A program made the translations under genes and the position numbers. Shown one piece after another: positions 39,404 to 49,514 of a DNA stretch of 64,000 nucleotides (position 1 is the first letter of the stretch; every line of letters begins with the position of its first letter). The notes under the pieces are model-generated. The model searched no databases. It saw nothing but the letters and a program-made list of their open reading frames with translations, and had not been told where the DNA came from. The stretch comes from Lachnospiraceae bacterium (GTDB lineage: Bacteria; Bacillota; Clostridia; Lachnospirales; Lachnospiraceae), in NCBI GenBank assembly GCA_021772075.1, contig JAETNQ010000006.1, positions 13,380 to 77,379 of the forward strand. Reading direction: 5' to 3'.

Positions 39404-40954
39404 CTACCAGTTTAAGAGGTCTCTCATTCTGTCAACCATGTTGTTGATAACAGTTGCCTGTTCCGATACATTTACGGTATCTTTCGCATTGTTTTCCGCC
39501 ATAGCGTTAATCGCATTGAACTGTCCGCTCTCATTTTTGATATTTTCGACAATATCCTGATTGATGGATACCGTTCTTTTGATTACATCGGTCTGTCTGT
39601 TGTGAGCGTCGCACATAATGTCTATGGCATCGCTGGATTCCTGCAAAAGCTGTGCAATGTCGCGTATGTGAGAAAATACGTTTTCGAAATATTCATTTTG
39701 CGTATTCATCTTTTCGGCGTTTTCATTTACCTGTGCCGTAATTTCCTGCGCATTTTTCTGTACCCGCTCAATTACCGGCTGCACAACCGACAGTGAATTC
39801 TGCGTACTTTTTGCAAGATTTCCCACTTCTGTCGCAACAACGGCAAATCCCTTTCCGGCTTCTCCGGCTCTTGCCGCCTCTATGGAAGCATTGAGCGCCA
39901 GCAGATTTGTGGAAGAGGAAATGTCGCTGATCAGATTCAGAGTAACGCCGATCTCCGCTACGGCCTCGGATAATTTCTTTGTGATTTCCGTCGTGTCCTT
40001 CATGGCATCGGACACTTCGTTGTTTATTTTATGTAAATTATTCAAAAGGGTTTCGTTCTCTGCCGATTTTTCAAGCAGGGTCTTAGAGGTGGATTCCACT
40101 TTCTGTACATTTTCAGAAACGGTGCTTCCGCATGCATTTAATTCTTCCAAATTATCTATACTTTCCGCTGTCTTCGAAATAAGCTGATTACTGCTGTCCA
40201 CTAACTGTTGGCTTGTGGCTGCAAGCTGTTGCGCGGAAGCGCTTTCGTTTTCAGAAGTGTTTGCCAGTGAAAGCCCTGCATCGTAAAGACTGCCGGACAA
40301 TATCTGTATTTCAGACAAGACATGCTGCACCCGTTCTGTATTCTCTTCCAGTTCGTCCTTTTTGGCATTGACGAGAAAATAGGAGACGAAAAATACAAAA
40401 ATGATCAGTCCCGTCAATGACAGTGTCAGTGCAACAAGACACATAATAATGTCTGTCAGAAACAGTTCATCTTTGACCGGCAGCAGATCCGTTCCCCGGA
40501 CAAACCAGCCGATAAACAGAGAAACCATACAGGCCAGACCGCTTAACACCAGCATTTTAATATCCAGGAAGAATGCCATCAATATCAGGAAAAAGAATAA
40601 AAATCCCCAGAAAGTTCTCGTCGGCAGCATGTACAGCAGATAATTCCACTGAATAACCAGGACCACGGCGGAAAAGATTTTGCCCATTTTGAGTTTTCCG
40701 TCTTTCAAATAGCCGTCTTCGCCGAATGACGTTTTGATCAATACAATGGCGATGGCAAAAAAGCAGACATCCATCACGCCCAGCATAATGGTCGCAATCC
40801 AGGGAACGGTCGGATATAATCCAAACAGTTTTTCTGTATTGAACATGACGGTAGCGCACATGCATGCGCAGACCAGTATAAAGAGTCCCCACTTATACAC
40901 AGTAGACAGGTACACATCCACCGATGTTTTCTGCTGCGTACTTTTTTGATTCAT
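39404..40954 (-). CDS. Methyl-accepting chemotaxis protein with multi-TM N-terminal sensor
   Basis: [29 protein letters not shown]; about six hydrophobic segments and no large extracellular domain. Confidence 0.92.
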   Translation of the reverse strand: MNQKSTQQKTSVDVYLSTVYKWGLFILVCACMCATVMFNTEKLFGLYPTVPWIATIMLGVMDVCFFAIAIVLIKTSFGEDGYLKDGKLKMGKIFSAVVLVIQWNYLLYMLPTRTFWGFLFFFLILMAFFLDIKMLVLSGLACMVSLFIGWFVRGTDLLPVKDELFLTDIIMCLVALTLSLTGLIIFVFFVSYFLVNAKKDELEENTERVQHVLSEIQILSGSLYDAGLSLANTSENESASAQQLAATSQQLVDSSNQLISKTAESIDNLEELNACGSTVSENVQKVESTSKTLLEKSAENETLLNNLHKINNEVSDAMKDTTEITKKLSEAVAEIGVTLNLISDISSSTNLLALNASIEAARAGEAGKGFAVVATEVGNLAKSTQNSLSVVQPVIERVQKNAQEITAQVNENAEKMNTQNEYFENVFSHIRDIAQLLQESSDAIDIMCDAHNRQTDVIKRTVSINQDIVENIKNESGQFNAINAMAENNAKDTVNVSEQATVINNMVDRMRDLLNW

Positions 40955-40968
40955 GAAATGACCTCCTT

Positions 40969-41964
40969 CTAAAATTGATATAATTGTACAATATATGATA
41001 ACCCTGCACCCACAGTACTGATTATAATTTTATTTCCTGCAGCCGCATAGGTATCCCACATTCTATTCAGACACAAAATCGGACATGTATTTCCCGTATA
41101 TCCATATTCGCTTCCCACAAAATGATATTTTCCATCCGGAATATGTAATAATTCCAGTGTTTTCATATTGAACGCATCACTTAACTGAGAAAAAATGAAA
41201 AAATCTATATCTTCAACAGTTAAGGAATGATTATCAAGTACTTTCATTATCATATCATACCAAACCTGTGGCAGAAAGTCCATTTTGAAAGGATTCCAAA
41301 TCAGTCTTTTTTCATTTGGCTCGATAGATTTTAACGGAACTTTTGCCATGCCGCATCCTGGGTATATAACCTGTCTGTAAAATTGTGCGTCTACCTGAAC
41401 TAATGTATCTAAAAATCCCCGGCGTTCTGCCTCCTCACAGCTGTCCAGAGCAATACATGCTGCCGCATCTGCAAATGTCCCATATACCACGGTATCCGAC
41501 CATAATGCAATTGGTGTTATGCAAAAGCATCCTACAACCAATGCTTTGGATATATTGGAAGTTTGCATATACTTGTATACGACATCCAGACCCTGTATCA
41601 TTCCCGTACAGTTTGAATTCAAATCAAATGCTGTTTTTACATTCCGTAATTTGTCTTCATAAAGTCCGGTTAACGCCATAGCGTTAGACGGAAACAGATA
41701 TTCGGGCGTATCTGTACATACCACAATCATTTCAATGTCCTGTAAATCTATCCCGAGTTTCGCTGCACAATTGTCAATTGCATTTTTGCACATAGTAAGC
41801 GTATTTTCACCTTCTGATATAAAATACCGCTTTCTGCGTCCCAAATGTTCCATCAGGTTATGTGCGCTGAGTCCCCGTTTTTCAAAATGCTCGTCCAATT
41901 GCTGGTTATATACTTTATTAGCCGGAAAGTATACACCAGTTCCTCTTATAATAATATTTTTCAT
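40969..41964 (-). CDS. 3-oxoacyl-ACP synthase III (FabH)-like protein with non-canonical triad
   Basis: [35 protein letters not shown]; start set at 41964 by RBS GGAGGT spacing. Confidence 0.85.
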   Translation of the reverse strand: MKNIIIRGTGVYFPANKVYNQQLDEHFEKRGLSAHNLMEHLGRRKRYFISEGENTLTMCKNAIDNCAAKLGIDLQDIEMIVVCTDTPEYLFPSNAMALTGLYEDKLRNVKTAFDLNSNCTGMIQGLDVVYKYMQTSNISKALVVGCFCITPIALWSDTVVYGTFADAAACIALDSCEEAERRGFLDTLVQVDAQFYRQVIYPGCGMAKVPLKSIEPNEKRLIWNPFKMDFLPQVWYDMIMKVLDNHSLTVEDIDFFIFSQLSDAFNMKTLELLHIPDGKYHFVGSEYGYTGNTCPILCLNRMWDTYAAAGNKIIISTVGAGLSYIVQLYQF

Positions 41965-42295
41965 TACCATACCTCCCCTCGTATAGTAGTAAAATGGCAG
42001 CAAATATAATTCTGCAAACACCTCCTCCATCATTGTATAATGGATCAAACGGTATCAAAAATGTTTATCATAAAATACATGATAATAAGTGAAAATCTAT
42101 CTTATATCTTATCATTTATGTCGTTTTTTGACAAGACATAATGTAGTCTTCTGCATAAAACGATAAATTTTACAGTTACTTTTCACAGGGTGGGGAAAAT
42201 AGAGAGTCTTTTTTGGGATGCTTTGTGGCAAGCCGGCAGATAAAGCATTTGAGAAGTGCCGTCAAAAAGTGCTGGCTTATATATAAATAAAGGGC

Positions 42296-42327
42296 ACTGG
42301 CTTCCAGCTTGGCAACACTTGGCAACA
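42296..42327 (+). repeat. 32-bp direct repeat, left copy (att-like)
   Basis: ACTGGCTTCCAGCTTGGCAACACTTGGCAACA, identical to 45070-45101. Confidence 0.95.
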
Positions 42328-42682
42328 GATTTTTTTGCAGGTGGGATGAGGTTGGATTGTTGCTATGTTGAACAAATGAAAAGTGAATATGGAACAAATA
42401 TACCGGAGTGGAAAAAGTAGGAAAGAACAGCAATTCTTTGGTGGTATATAATGGAATATCCCATGTACTGGTAGTGGTGCATGGGATATTCGCAAAAAAT
42501 AAATATGAAAATATTAAATAGAACATAAAAGCGATCAAAATAGTAGAAATGGTATGTGCAAAGATGAGATATTAATAAATAGGATGCCAATGATAAAAGA
42601 AGGTTGTGAATAAATGAAAAAGTGGATATAATAATAGTGAAACAGATTCAGAGTTTTTTATATTTGGAAGGAGGTAAATCGC

Positions 42683-42850
42683 ATGGAAGTTGCAGTTAAG
42701 AAAATTTATGCGGAAACCTTGGAACAACAGCAGATAGAAGTAAGGCAGAGTGTGATGGATGGGTTAAGGCAGGCAAGAGAAGGAAAGACAAAGGATTTTA
42801 ACACAGTTTGTGACAGATTGGAGAAAAAGTATACGAATGCAAAAGTATAA
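42683..42850 (+). CDS. Putative antitoxin (55 aa)
   Basis: Not in ORF track. MEVAVKKIYAETLEQQQIEVRQSVMDGLRQAREGKTKDFNTVCDRLEKKYTNAKV; RBS GGAGGT; overlaps the toxin start. Confidence 0.75.
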   Translation: MEVAVKKIYAETLEQQQIEVRQSVMDGLRQAREGKTKDFNTVCDRLEKKYTNAKV

Positions 42851-43169
42851 AATTGAAATATCTGATTTGGCAGAGCAGGATTTGGAGTTTGCTGCTGACT
42901 ATATTGCATTTGATTTAAAAAATCCTTCTGCGGCAGTCAATACAGTACAAGGTATCCGTAAACAAATAAACAAACTACAGAATTTTCCAGAGCGTAATGA
43001 GTTAGATGATGATCCAGTGTTGGCGGGTCTGGGTGTTCGTATGGATTATTATAAGAATTACAAAATTTATTATGTGGTAGAGGACAAGTTGGTAATAATT
43101 GTAAGGATTTTACATATGCTGGTGGACAGTAGAGCGTGGTTATATCGGACATTTGGAATGAAAGATTAA
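42837..43169 (+). CDS. RelE/ParE family toxin
   Basis: YKIEISDLAEQDL...LQNFPER...NYKIYY...IVRILH. Confidence 0.88.
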   Translation: MQKYKIEISDLAEQDLEFAADYIAFDLKNPSAAVNTVQGIRKQINKLQNFPERNELDDDPVLAGLGVRMDYYKNYKIYYVVEDKLVIIVRILHMLVDSRAWLYRTFGMKD

Positions 43170-43485
43170 GCTGCGGCGTTTATTGATAGAATTCGATAGA
43201 TAAATTCAGGGCATGGCGGATAGCCATGTCTTTATTATTTCACGAATTCTAAAGTTATTATCGGCGATGCAAAGGTATATGATTGTATTATTAGAAGAGA
43301 ACAGCAGAATATATTAATAACATGGCTGACTTGAAATTTTAAATTCCAGTGCAGAAGTAAATTCCACTGTAGTTTAAAATTTATACGAAAATAGAGATTT
43401 TTAGGAGTAAAAACACCCGATTTCTGTTATAATCCTGTTTTTAACAGTTGTGTAGGAAACAAATCGCTGTAACCCCAGTATTTAT

Positions 43486-45063
43486 GAGGGCACTGAAAAA
43501 GTCTGATTCTTTATGAAAAGAATCGGGCTTTTTCTAATGGAAAGAGTTATAATAAAAGAAAAGACAATGGAGATTCCAGAATGCTGAGAGATCATTCACA
43601 AATGACGCTGTCGTTATCGCCCTATCAGGGAATTTATGATGCCATTATTCCGGCAAACCACCTTCTGCGCAGGATCAAGGAGAACATAGATTTCAGTTTT
43701 GTAAATCCAATGCTGCGTAAACAGTATTGTGAAAGGTTTGGGCGTCCGGCAAAAGAACCGGGGATGATGTTCAAACTGCTGTTTTTGAAAAAGCTGTACG
43801 ACTTGTCCGATGAAACCCTGATCAGCAGTGCCCAGACAGATATGGCATATAAGTTTTTTCTGGATCTGGAACCAGAAGCGAAAATGGTTGATCCCAGTCT
43901 TCTGACGAAATTCAGAAAGACCCGTATTACAGAAGATATTTTGGAAGAAATGCTGAAGGAAACGATACAGCAGGCTCTGGATAAACGGCTTCGGAAAGAA
44001 ATCTATAAAAGTGCCTTTGAATTATCAGAAATATTTCCAGAGAAACCATCTCTGGAAGCCGGACTGGATGAGGAGATTGCCTATACGCGAGAACTGCTCA
44101 GGGTTCTTGAGGAGGGGATAGCGGCGAGCGGGAACCGAAAGATGCAGGATCTTTCCCAAAAAATGAAGGAACTGCTTGAGGATGAGCAGATCAGGGATAT
44201 CCGGTCGAAGGATGACAGGGATGCACGGTTCGGGCATAAAACATCAACAAGCACATTTTACGGATATAAAAACCACCCGGCAATGACACAGGAACGTCTG
44301 ACCGCAGGGATAAGCGTGACCCATGGAGGGGCGCCAGACGGGCAGGAATTACCGGGGCTGCTGGAAAAAGCACAGAAAAACGGGCTAAAGGCAACAGAAG
44401 TGATAGGAGATATGGCATATGTCAGCGACGATAATCTGGAAACCTGCGGGGAAGGGATCACATTGATAGCGCGGACAAATACAGCTGTAGCGGCGGCAGC
44501 AAGCGGGGAGCTGGAGGAAGGTTTCTGTTATAATAAGGATGCCGGAATGCTGCAGTGCCCAGCCGGTGAACTGGCGATGCGGGTGGAAAAGCGGACCGCA
44601 GCGAATGGAAATATCTATTTGAGGTATGTATTCAGCAAGGTCAAATGCAGGAAATGCCCATTAAGGGAAAGCTGCCGTGTAGGGAAAGGGAAATCAAAAG
44701 AACGCAGTTACAGCATGACGCAGGCAAGTGAGAAGAACCTGGGGCGGCTTAAATTTGAGGGAAGCGAATATTTCAGGGAGCGGATGAAGATCCGGCACCG
44801 GATGGAAGAAAAGAATGGAGAATTGAAAGAAGCCCACGGATTGCGCAGGGCAGATTCAAGAGGGCTGTTTGCCATGGAACCGCAGATGTATTTCACGGCG
44901 TTTGTGGCAAATGTGAAGAGGATCACAAAGCTGGCCGAGCCGGTTACGCAATAAGGAGGCTCTCTCTTTTTGCATGTTTTAGAATAAATTTGTGTATAGA
45001 AGCTGTTTATATATAGAAGGAAAAAACTCCCGCTATAAAAAGTGGGAGTTTTTCAGTACCCTC
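43486..45063 (+). mobile_element. IS1182-family insertion sequence (probably defective)
   Basis: Terminal IRs GAGGGCACTGAAAAAGTC (43486-43503) and GAGTTTTTCAGTACCCTC (45046-45063), 16/18 match; single transposase ORF. Confidence 0.85.
43581..44954 (+). pseudogene. IS1182 transposase with apparent in-frame internal deletion
   Basis: GRPAKEPGMMFK, DARFGHK, FYGYKNH, GDMAY, CPAG, EEKNGELK present; the usual IVD(S/A)TH segment is missing at ALDK/RLRKEI. Confidence 0.65.
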
Positions 45064-45069
45064 ATAAAT

Positions 45070-45101
45070 ACTGGCTTCCAGCTTGGCAACACTTGGCAAC
45101 A
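45070..45101 (+). repeat. 32-bp direct repeat, right copy (att-like)
   Basis: Identical to 42296-42327. Confidence 0.95.
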
Positions 45102-45340
45102 CCAAAAATCGCCCAAATAATGAAGCTTTAAACATAGCGGAAGCCCCTAAAACCGCGGCTTCCGCAGTCCTAAAGGCTTCCTTAGGGGAGGATAATCCAC
45201 CCCAAGGGGAGGATAAGTATTTTCCTTATCTTTCGCTATGCAATACAGATTTTCCATCTGTATTCATCAATGGAGGGGGATCCATTGATTACTCTTATTA
45301 TTGACCGGTTGAAAAAGTTTATTCATGATAAATAAAAAAA

Positions 45341-45369
45341 TTTACTTTTTTTTAAAAGTGGTATATACT
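45341..45369 (+). promoter_or_regulatory. sigmaA-type promoter
   Basis: TTTACT-N17-TATACT. Confidence 0.55.
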
Positions 45370-45387
45370 ATCGTTAGTTTGAACGCT

Positions 45388-45501
45388 TAGTGTGGAAAGA
45401 AGTTCTAAGGCTCACAGCAAAGGCTGTTTCGCCAAGAACTTCTAAATTCCACACCGAAGAATGCCTGAAAAGCGGCATTCTTCCCGTTGATGGTTTGTGC
45501 C
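45388..45501 (+). repeat. ~115-nt structured dispersed element, copy A
   Basis: Long interrupted hairpin plus GAAGAATGCC/GGCATTCTTC hairpin; homologous to 47258, 49376 and 53866. Confidence 0.92.
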
Positions 45502-45571
45502 AGGTCCAGGCGGGTGGCGTGAATGCAAAAAGAGAAATAGAACGATAATCGAGCAAAAGGTGGTATAAGAG

Positions 45572-46078
45572 ATGGCATTATTAAAAAAATGGAAAGAAAT
45601 GGCATATTCGGAGACAGCCAACAAAGGCGATCTGCAGAGGTTATGGGCTGATTATTTCGAGAAAGAGAAAGAAATTTATGCAGAATTATTAAAGAAACCG
45701 GAAGAAGTGGAAGAAGGAACTGTGAAGGAACTGGCGGAGAAATTCGGCGTGGATATTATGACCATGACCGGATTCTTGGACGGTATCAACGATAGCTTGA
45801 AGGAAGCAAATCCCATTGAAGAAATGGAAGAGGATACAAAGGTTCAGCTTGGATTCGATAAAGAACTTCTTTATAAAAATATGGTGGCTGCAGGAGCGGA
45901 CTGGCTCTATGGCTTGGAAGAATGGAATGATATTTTTGATGAGGAAACAAAAAAAGCGCTTTATAAAGAACAGAAGTCCTCTACTACGATCGTGAAGGGG
46001 GACAAGATATACCCTAACGATCCTTGTCCTTGTGGAAGCGGCAAAAAATATAAAAAATGCTGCGGCAGGAATCAGTAA
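45572..46078 (+). CDS. SEC-C metal-binding domain protein
   Basis: C-terminal [18 protein letters not shown]. Confidence 0.92.
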   Translation: MALLKKWKEMAYSETANKGDLQRLWADYFEKEKEIYAELLKKPEEVEEGTVKELAEKFGVDIMTMTGFLDGINDSLKEANPIEEMEEDTKVQLGFDKELLYKNMVAAGADWLYGLEEWNDIFDEETKKALYKEQKSSTTIVKGDKIYPNDPCPCGSGKKYKKCCGRNQ

Positions 46079-46089
46079 GGCGGCTGGCT

Positions 46090-46545
46090 ATGGAAAGCAG
46101 AGTTGAAAAAGCAGTACAAACTTTTGAGTCCGGTTTTGGCTGCGCCCAGTCCGTTTTTTCCACTTATGCAGATCTGTTCGGCATGGACAGGGAAACTGCC
46201 CTGAAGTTGGCAAGCCCTATGGGGGGCGGCATCGGGCGGATGCGGGAAGTATGCGGCGCAGTTTCTGCTATGGCATTGCTGGCGGGATTGAAGGATGGAA
46301 ATACCGACCCTGAGAATGAGGAAGGGAAGGAAAGGATATATGCCATCGTCCGGGAGATGAGCGACAGGTTCAAAGAGAAAAACGGAACGATCATCTGCCG
46401 GGAGCTGTTAGGAATATTGGAAAGAGAGCAGAGCGCCAGGCCGGAGAAACGGACAAAGGAATATTATGCGAGTCGTCCCTGCAGCAGGCTGGTGGCCAGC
46501 GCGGCAGAGATTTTGGAAGAGGTATTGTTGAAAGATATGGATTGA
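46090..46545 (+). CDS. C_GCAxxG_C_C family putative redox protein
   Basis: GCAQSV, GGGIG, CGAVS, IICRELL, RPC. Confidence 0.88.
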   Translation: MESRVEKAVQTFESGFGCAQSVFSTYADLFGMDRETALKLASPMGGGIGRMREVCGAVSAMALLAGLKDGNTDPENEEGKERIYAIVREMSDRFKEKNGTIICRELLGILEREQSARPEKRTKEYYASRPCSRLVASAAEILEEVLLKDMD

Positions 46546-46610
46546 TTTTCCAGAAGCTGCAATTTGACGGAAACAGAAGCTGGTTCAGCGCAAGTTGCAA
46601 AAATTTACTC

Positions 46611-46639
46611 TTTACATATCCGCAGAAATGTCATAGAAT
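46611..46639 (+). promoter_or_regulatory. sigmaA-type promoter of the T-box leader
   Basis: TTTACA-N17-TAGAAT. Confidence 0.7.
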
Positions 46640-46674
46640 AACGGAAGAAGAATAAAAGAATAACCAGAAAGTTT

Positions 46675-46955
46675 TGAAGAGACGAGTAAGATGCCAAAAG
46701 GTTCCAGAGAGAGATACCATCGGAAGGATCGAATGCCGGCGGCTGGAAGTATCTTAACCGGATGCATCCGAAGACCAGCTCTGAGCGGCCCTAATCCGGC
46801 CCGGAGGCTCCGTTAACGGCTGAATGAAGTGGTTTTGCATATGGGAGGAAGGCACCATATCCTCTATAGGCAGAGCAATAAGGGTGGAACCGCGTAATTG
46901 ATGAAAATACGTCCCTTACATTGTGCGAGCAATCGGGCAGTGTGAGGGACTTTTT
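46675..46955 (+). ncRNA. T-box riboswitch, Thr specifier (ACC)
   Basis: AGTA/GAA loop-E, AGAGA and GGCTGGAA motifs, specifier ACC at 46774-46776, T-box AATAAGGGTGGAACCGCG (46878-46895), terminator GTCCCTTACA...TGTGAGGGAC-TTTTT. Confidence 0.92.
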
Positions 46956-47023
46956 ATGTGCAGGCCCGCATAGGGAAGTGTCCTGCCCGATGATGGTAAA
47001 AGGAAAAGAAGGAGGAAGAAAAA

Positions 47024-47260
47024 ATGCAGGAAAAATGGAAAGAATTACAGGTGGTTTTAGAGGAAATGAAAACGATGAAGAAAAAGGAGTATTTTCTGAT
47101 GCTGGCGGTATGCCTGCTTTCCGGCCTGGTGGTCGGGATGCTGGTTTCCCCGAAAAAACAAGTTATGGTGGGGAGCAATAATGGAAATAATAACCGCAGC
47201 GGCAAAGGAAGATGCGGGGAATGTGATTTTGAAGACGGAGATTATGACTGGGAAGATTAG
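47024..47260 (+). CDS. Small single-TM hypothetical protein
   Basis: Strong RBS AGGAGG; TM YFLMLAVCLLSGLVVGMLV; Asn-rich and acidic tail. Confidence 0.7.
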   Translation: MQEKWKELQVVLEEMKTMKKKEYFLMLAVCLLSGLVVGMLVSPKKQVMVGSNNGNNNRSGKGRCGECDFEDGDYDWED

Positions 47261-47389
47261 CGTGAGAAGAACTTCTAAGACTTGCACCAGTGGGTGCTTC
47301 GTCAAGAAGTTCTAGACTTGCTTCGCAAGTCTTTCTCACGCCGGAGAACGCCTGAAATACGGCGTTCTTCTCATGGATGATTTATGCCG
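47258..47389 (+). repeat. ~115-nt structured dispersed element, copy B (extra hairpin)
   Basis: Same architecture plus inserted AGACTTGC-TTC-GCAAGTCT. Confidence 0.9.
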
Positions 47390-47419
47390 TGGAGAAATTT
47401 TGGAAAGGAGAAGAAAAAA

Positions 47420-49378
47420 ATGGTTATTACATTGAAAGACGGAAGTAAAAAAGAGTATGCGTCGCCCATGAGCGTGATTGATATCGCGTCGGATATCAGC
47501 GAAGGGCTGGCAAGGGTGGCCTGTGCAGGGGAAATCGATGGGAAAGAGGCGGATCTGCGGACGATGGTGGACGGCGACTGCCAGCTCAATATATTGACTG
47601 CTAACGATAAACAGGGTCTTCAGGTAGTAAGGCATACGGCTTCCCATGTGCTGGCAGAGGCGGTGAAGAGGCTTTATCCCGATGCCAAGCTGGCGATCGG
47701 GCCAAGCATCGACACCGGGTTTTACTATGATTTTGAACATGCTCCTTTTTCCAGGGAAGACTTGGATCAGCTGGAAGCGGAAATGAAGAAAATTATCAAA
47801 GAGGGAAAGAAGCTGGAGAAATTTACGCTGCCCAGGGAAGAAGCCATGAAATTTATGGAAGAAAAAGGCGAGCCTTATAAAGTGGAATTGATTCGTGACC
47901 TGCCGGAAGATGCGGTGATTTCCTTCTATCAGCAGGGGGATTTTGTGGATCTTTGCGCCGGTCCTCATTTGATGAGTACCAAAGGGATTAAAGCGTTTAA
48001 GCTGATCTCCTCTTCGGGCGCTTATTGGCGGGGGAATTCCGACAATACCATGCTGCAGAGGATTTATGGTACCGCATTTAATAAAAAAGAGGAATTGGCG
48101 GATTATCTGGAATATCTGGATAATATTAAAAAAAGGGATCATAACAAGCTGGGCAGGGAGATGGAATTGTTCGCTACGGTGGACGTGATCGGGCAGGGGC
48201 TTCCGCTGTTAATGCCCAAAGGAACAAAAATGATCCAGACAATGCAGCGCTGGATCGAAGATGAAGAGGAAAAACGGGGTTATATGAGAACCAAGACCCC
48301 TTTGATGGCGAAAAAAGATCTGTATATCATTTCCGACCACTGGGATCATTATAAAGAAGGGATGTTTGTGCTTGGTGATGAGACGGATGAAAAATCGGAA
48401 GTCTTCGCCCTGCGCCCTATGACATGCCCGTTCCAATATTATGTTTATAAGCAGAGTCAGAAATCGTACAGGGATCTGCCGTGCCGTTACGGGGAGACTT
48501 CCACCATATTCAGGAACGAAGATTCCGGCGAAATGCACGGGCTTACCCGTGTGCGCCAGTTTACGATTTCCGAAGGGCATCTGATCGTACGTCCGGACCA
48601 GATCGAGGAAGAGTTCAGAGGCTGCGTGGATCTTGCAAAATATTGCATGACGACGCTGGGACTCCAGGATGATGTAACCTACCGATTATCTTTGTGGGAT
48701 GCGAATAATCAGGATCACTATCTGGGAACAGAGCAGCAGTGGAACGAAGTGCAGGATATGATGCGTACGATTTTGAACCATATCGGCATTGAGTACACCG
48801 AGGAAGAAGGAGAAGCGGCGTTTTACGGGCCGAAACTGGATATTCAGGCGAAAAATGTATATGGCAAGGAAGACACGATGATTACGATCCAGCTGGATAT
48901 GTTCCTGGCAGAGCGTTTCGATATGACATATGTGGATCGTGACGGGGAAAAGAAACGGCCTTATATTATCCACAGGACTTCGATGGGGTGCTATGAGAGG
49001 ACATTGGCATGGCTGATCGAGAAATACGAAGGCAAGTTCCCTACATGGCTTTGCCCGGAACAGGTAAGGGTTCTTCCGATTTCGGAAAAATACGAAAGCT
49101 ATGCGAAAGAAGTGGAAAAGGAACTGAAGGAGAATGGCATATTGACTACGGTGGATAACCGTTCCGAAAAGATCGGCTTCAAGATTCGGGAAGCGAGATT
49201 GGCAAAACTGCCGTATATGCTTATTATAGGGCAGAAAGAAGAAGAGGATAAGACCGTTTCGGTTAGAAGTCGTTTTGCAGGAGACGAGGGCGTAAAACCT
49301 TTGGATGAATTTATCGGACAGATTTGCAAGGAAATCAGGACGAAAGAAATCCGGAAAGAAGAGATCGCGGAAAATTAG
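47420..49378 (+). CDS. thrS: Threonine--tRNA ligase
   Basis: TGS domain, RHTASHVLA, DLCAGPH, RDHNKLG, RPMTCP, FYGPKLD. Confidence 0.97.
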   Translation: MVITLKDGSKKEYASPMSVIDIASDISEGLARVACAGEIDGKEADLRTMVDGDCQLNILTANDKQGLQVVRHTASHVLAEAVKRLYPDAKLAIGPSIDTGFYYDFEHAPFSREDLDQLEAEMKKIIKEGKKLEKFTLPREEAMKFMEEKGEPYKVELIRDLPEDAVISFYQQGDFVDLCAGPHLMSTKGIKAFKLISSSGAYWRGNSDNTMLQRIYGTAFNKKEELADYLEYLDNIKKRDHNKLGREMELFATVDVIGQGLPLLMPKGTKMIQTMQRWIEDEEEKRGYMRTKTPLMAKKDLYIISDHWDHYKEGMFVLGDETDEKSEVFALRPMTCPFQYYVYKQSQKSYRDLPCRYGETSTIFRNEDSGEMHGLTRVRQFTISEGHLIVRPDQIEEEFRGCVDLAKYCMTTLGLQDDVTYRLSLWDANNQDHYLGTEQQWNEVQDMMRTILNHIGIEYTEEEGEAAFYGPKLDIQAKNVYGKEDTMITIQLDMFLAERFDMTYVDRDGEKKRPYIIHRTSMGCYERTLAWLIEKYEGKFPTWLCPEQVRVLPISEKYESYAKEVEKELKENGILTTVDNRSEKIGFKIREARLAKLPYMLIIGQKEEEDKTVSVRSRFAGDEGVKPLDEFIGQICKEIRTKEIRKEEIAEN

Positions 49379-49489
49379 TGTGGAAAGAAGTTCTAATGCT
49401 CACGCCAAAGGGCGTTTCGCAAAGAACTTCTAAGTTCCACACTGAAGAACGCCTGAAATACGGCGTTCTTCCTGTTGATGGTTTGTGCC
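49376..49489 (+). repeat. ~115-nt structured dispersed element, copy C
   Basis: Begins on the thrS TAG stop; near-identical to copy A with compensatory changes. Confidence 0.92.
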
Positions 49490-49514
49490 GCCGGGAGGCG
49501 GCGTGGGGGTTAGC

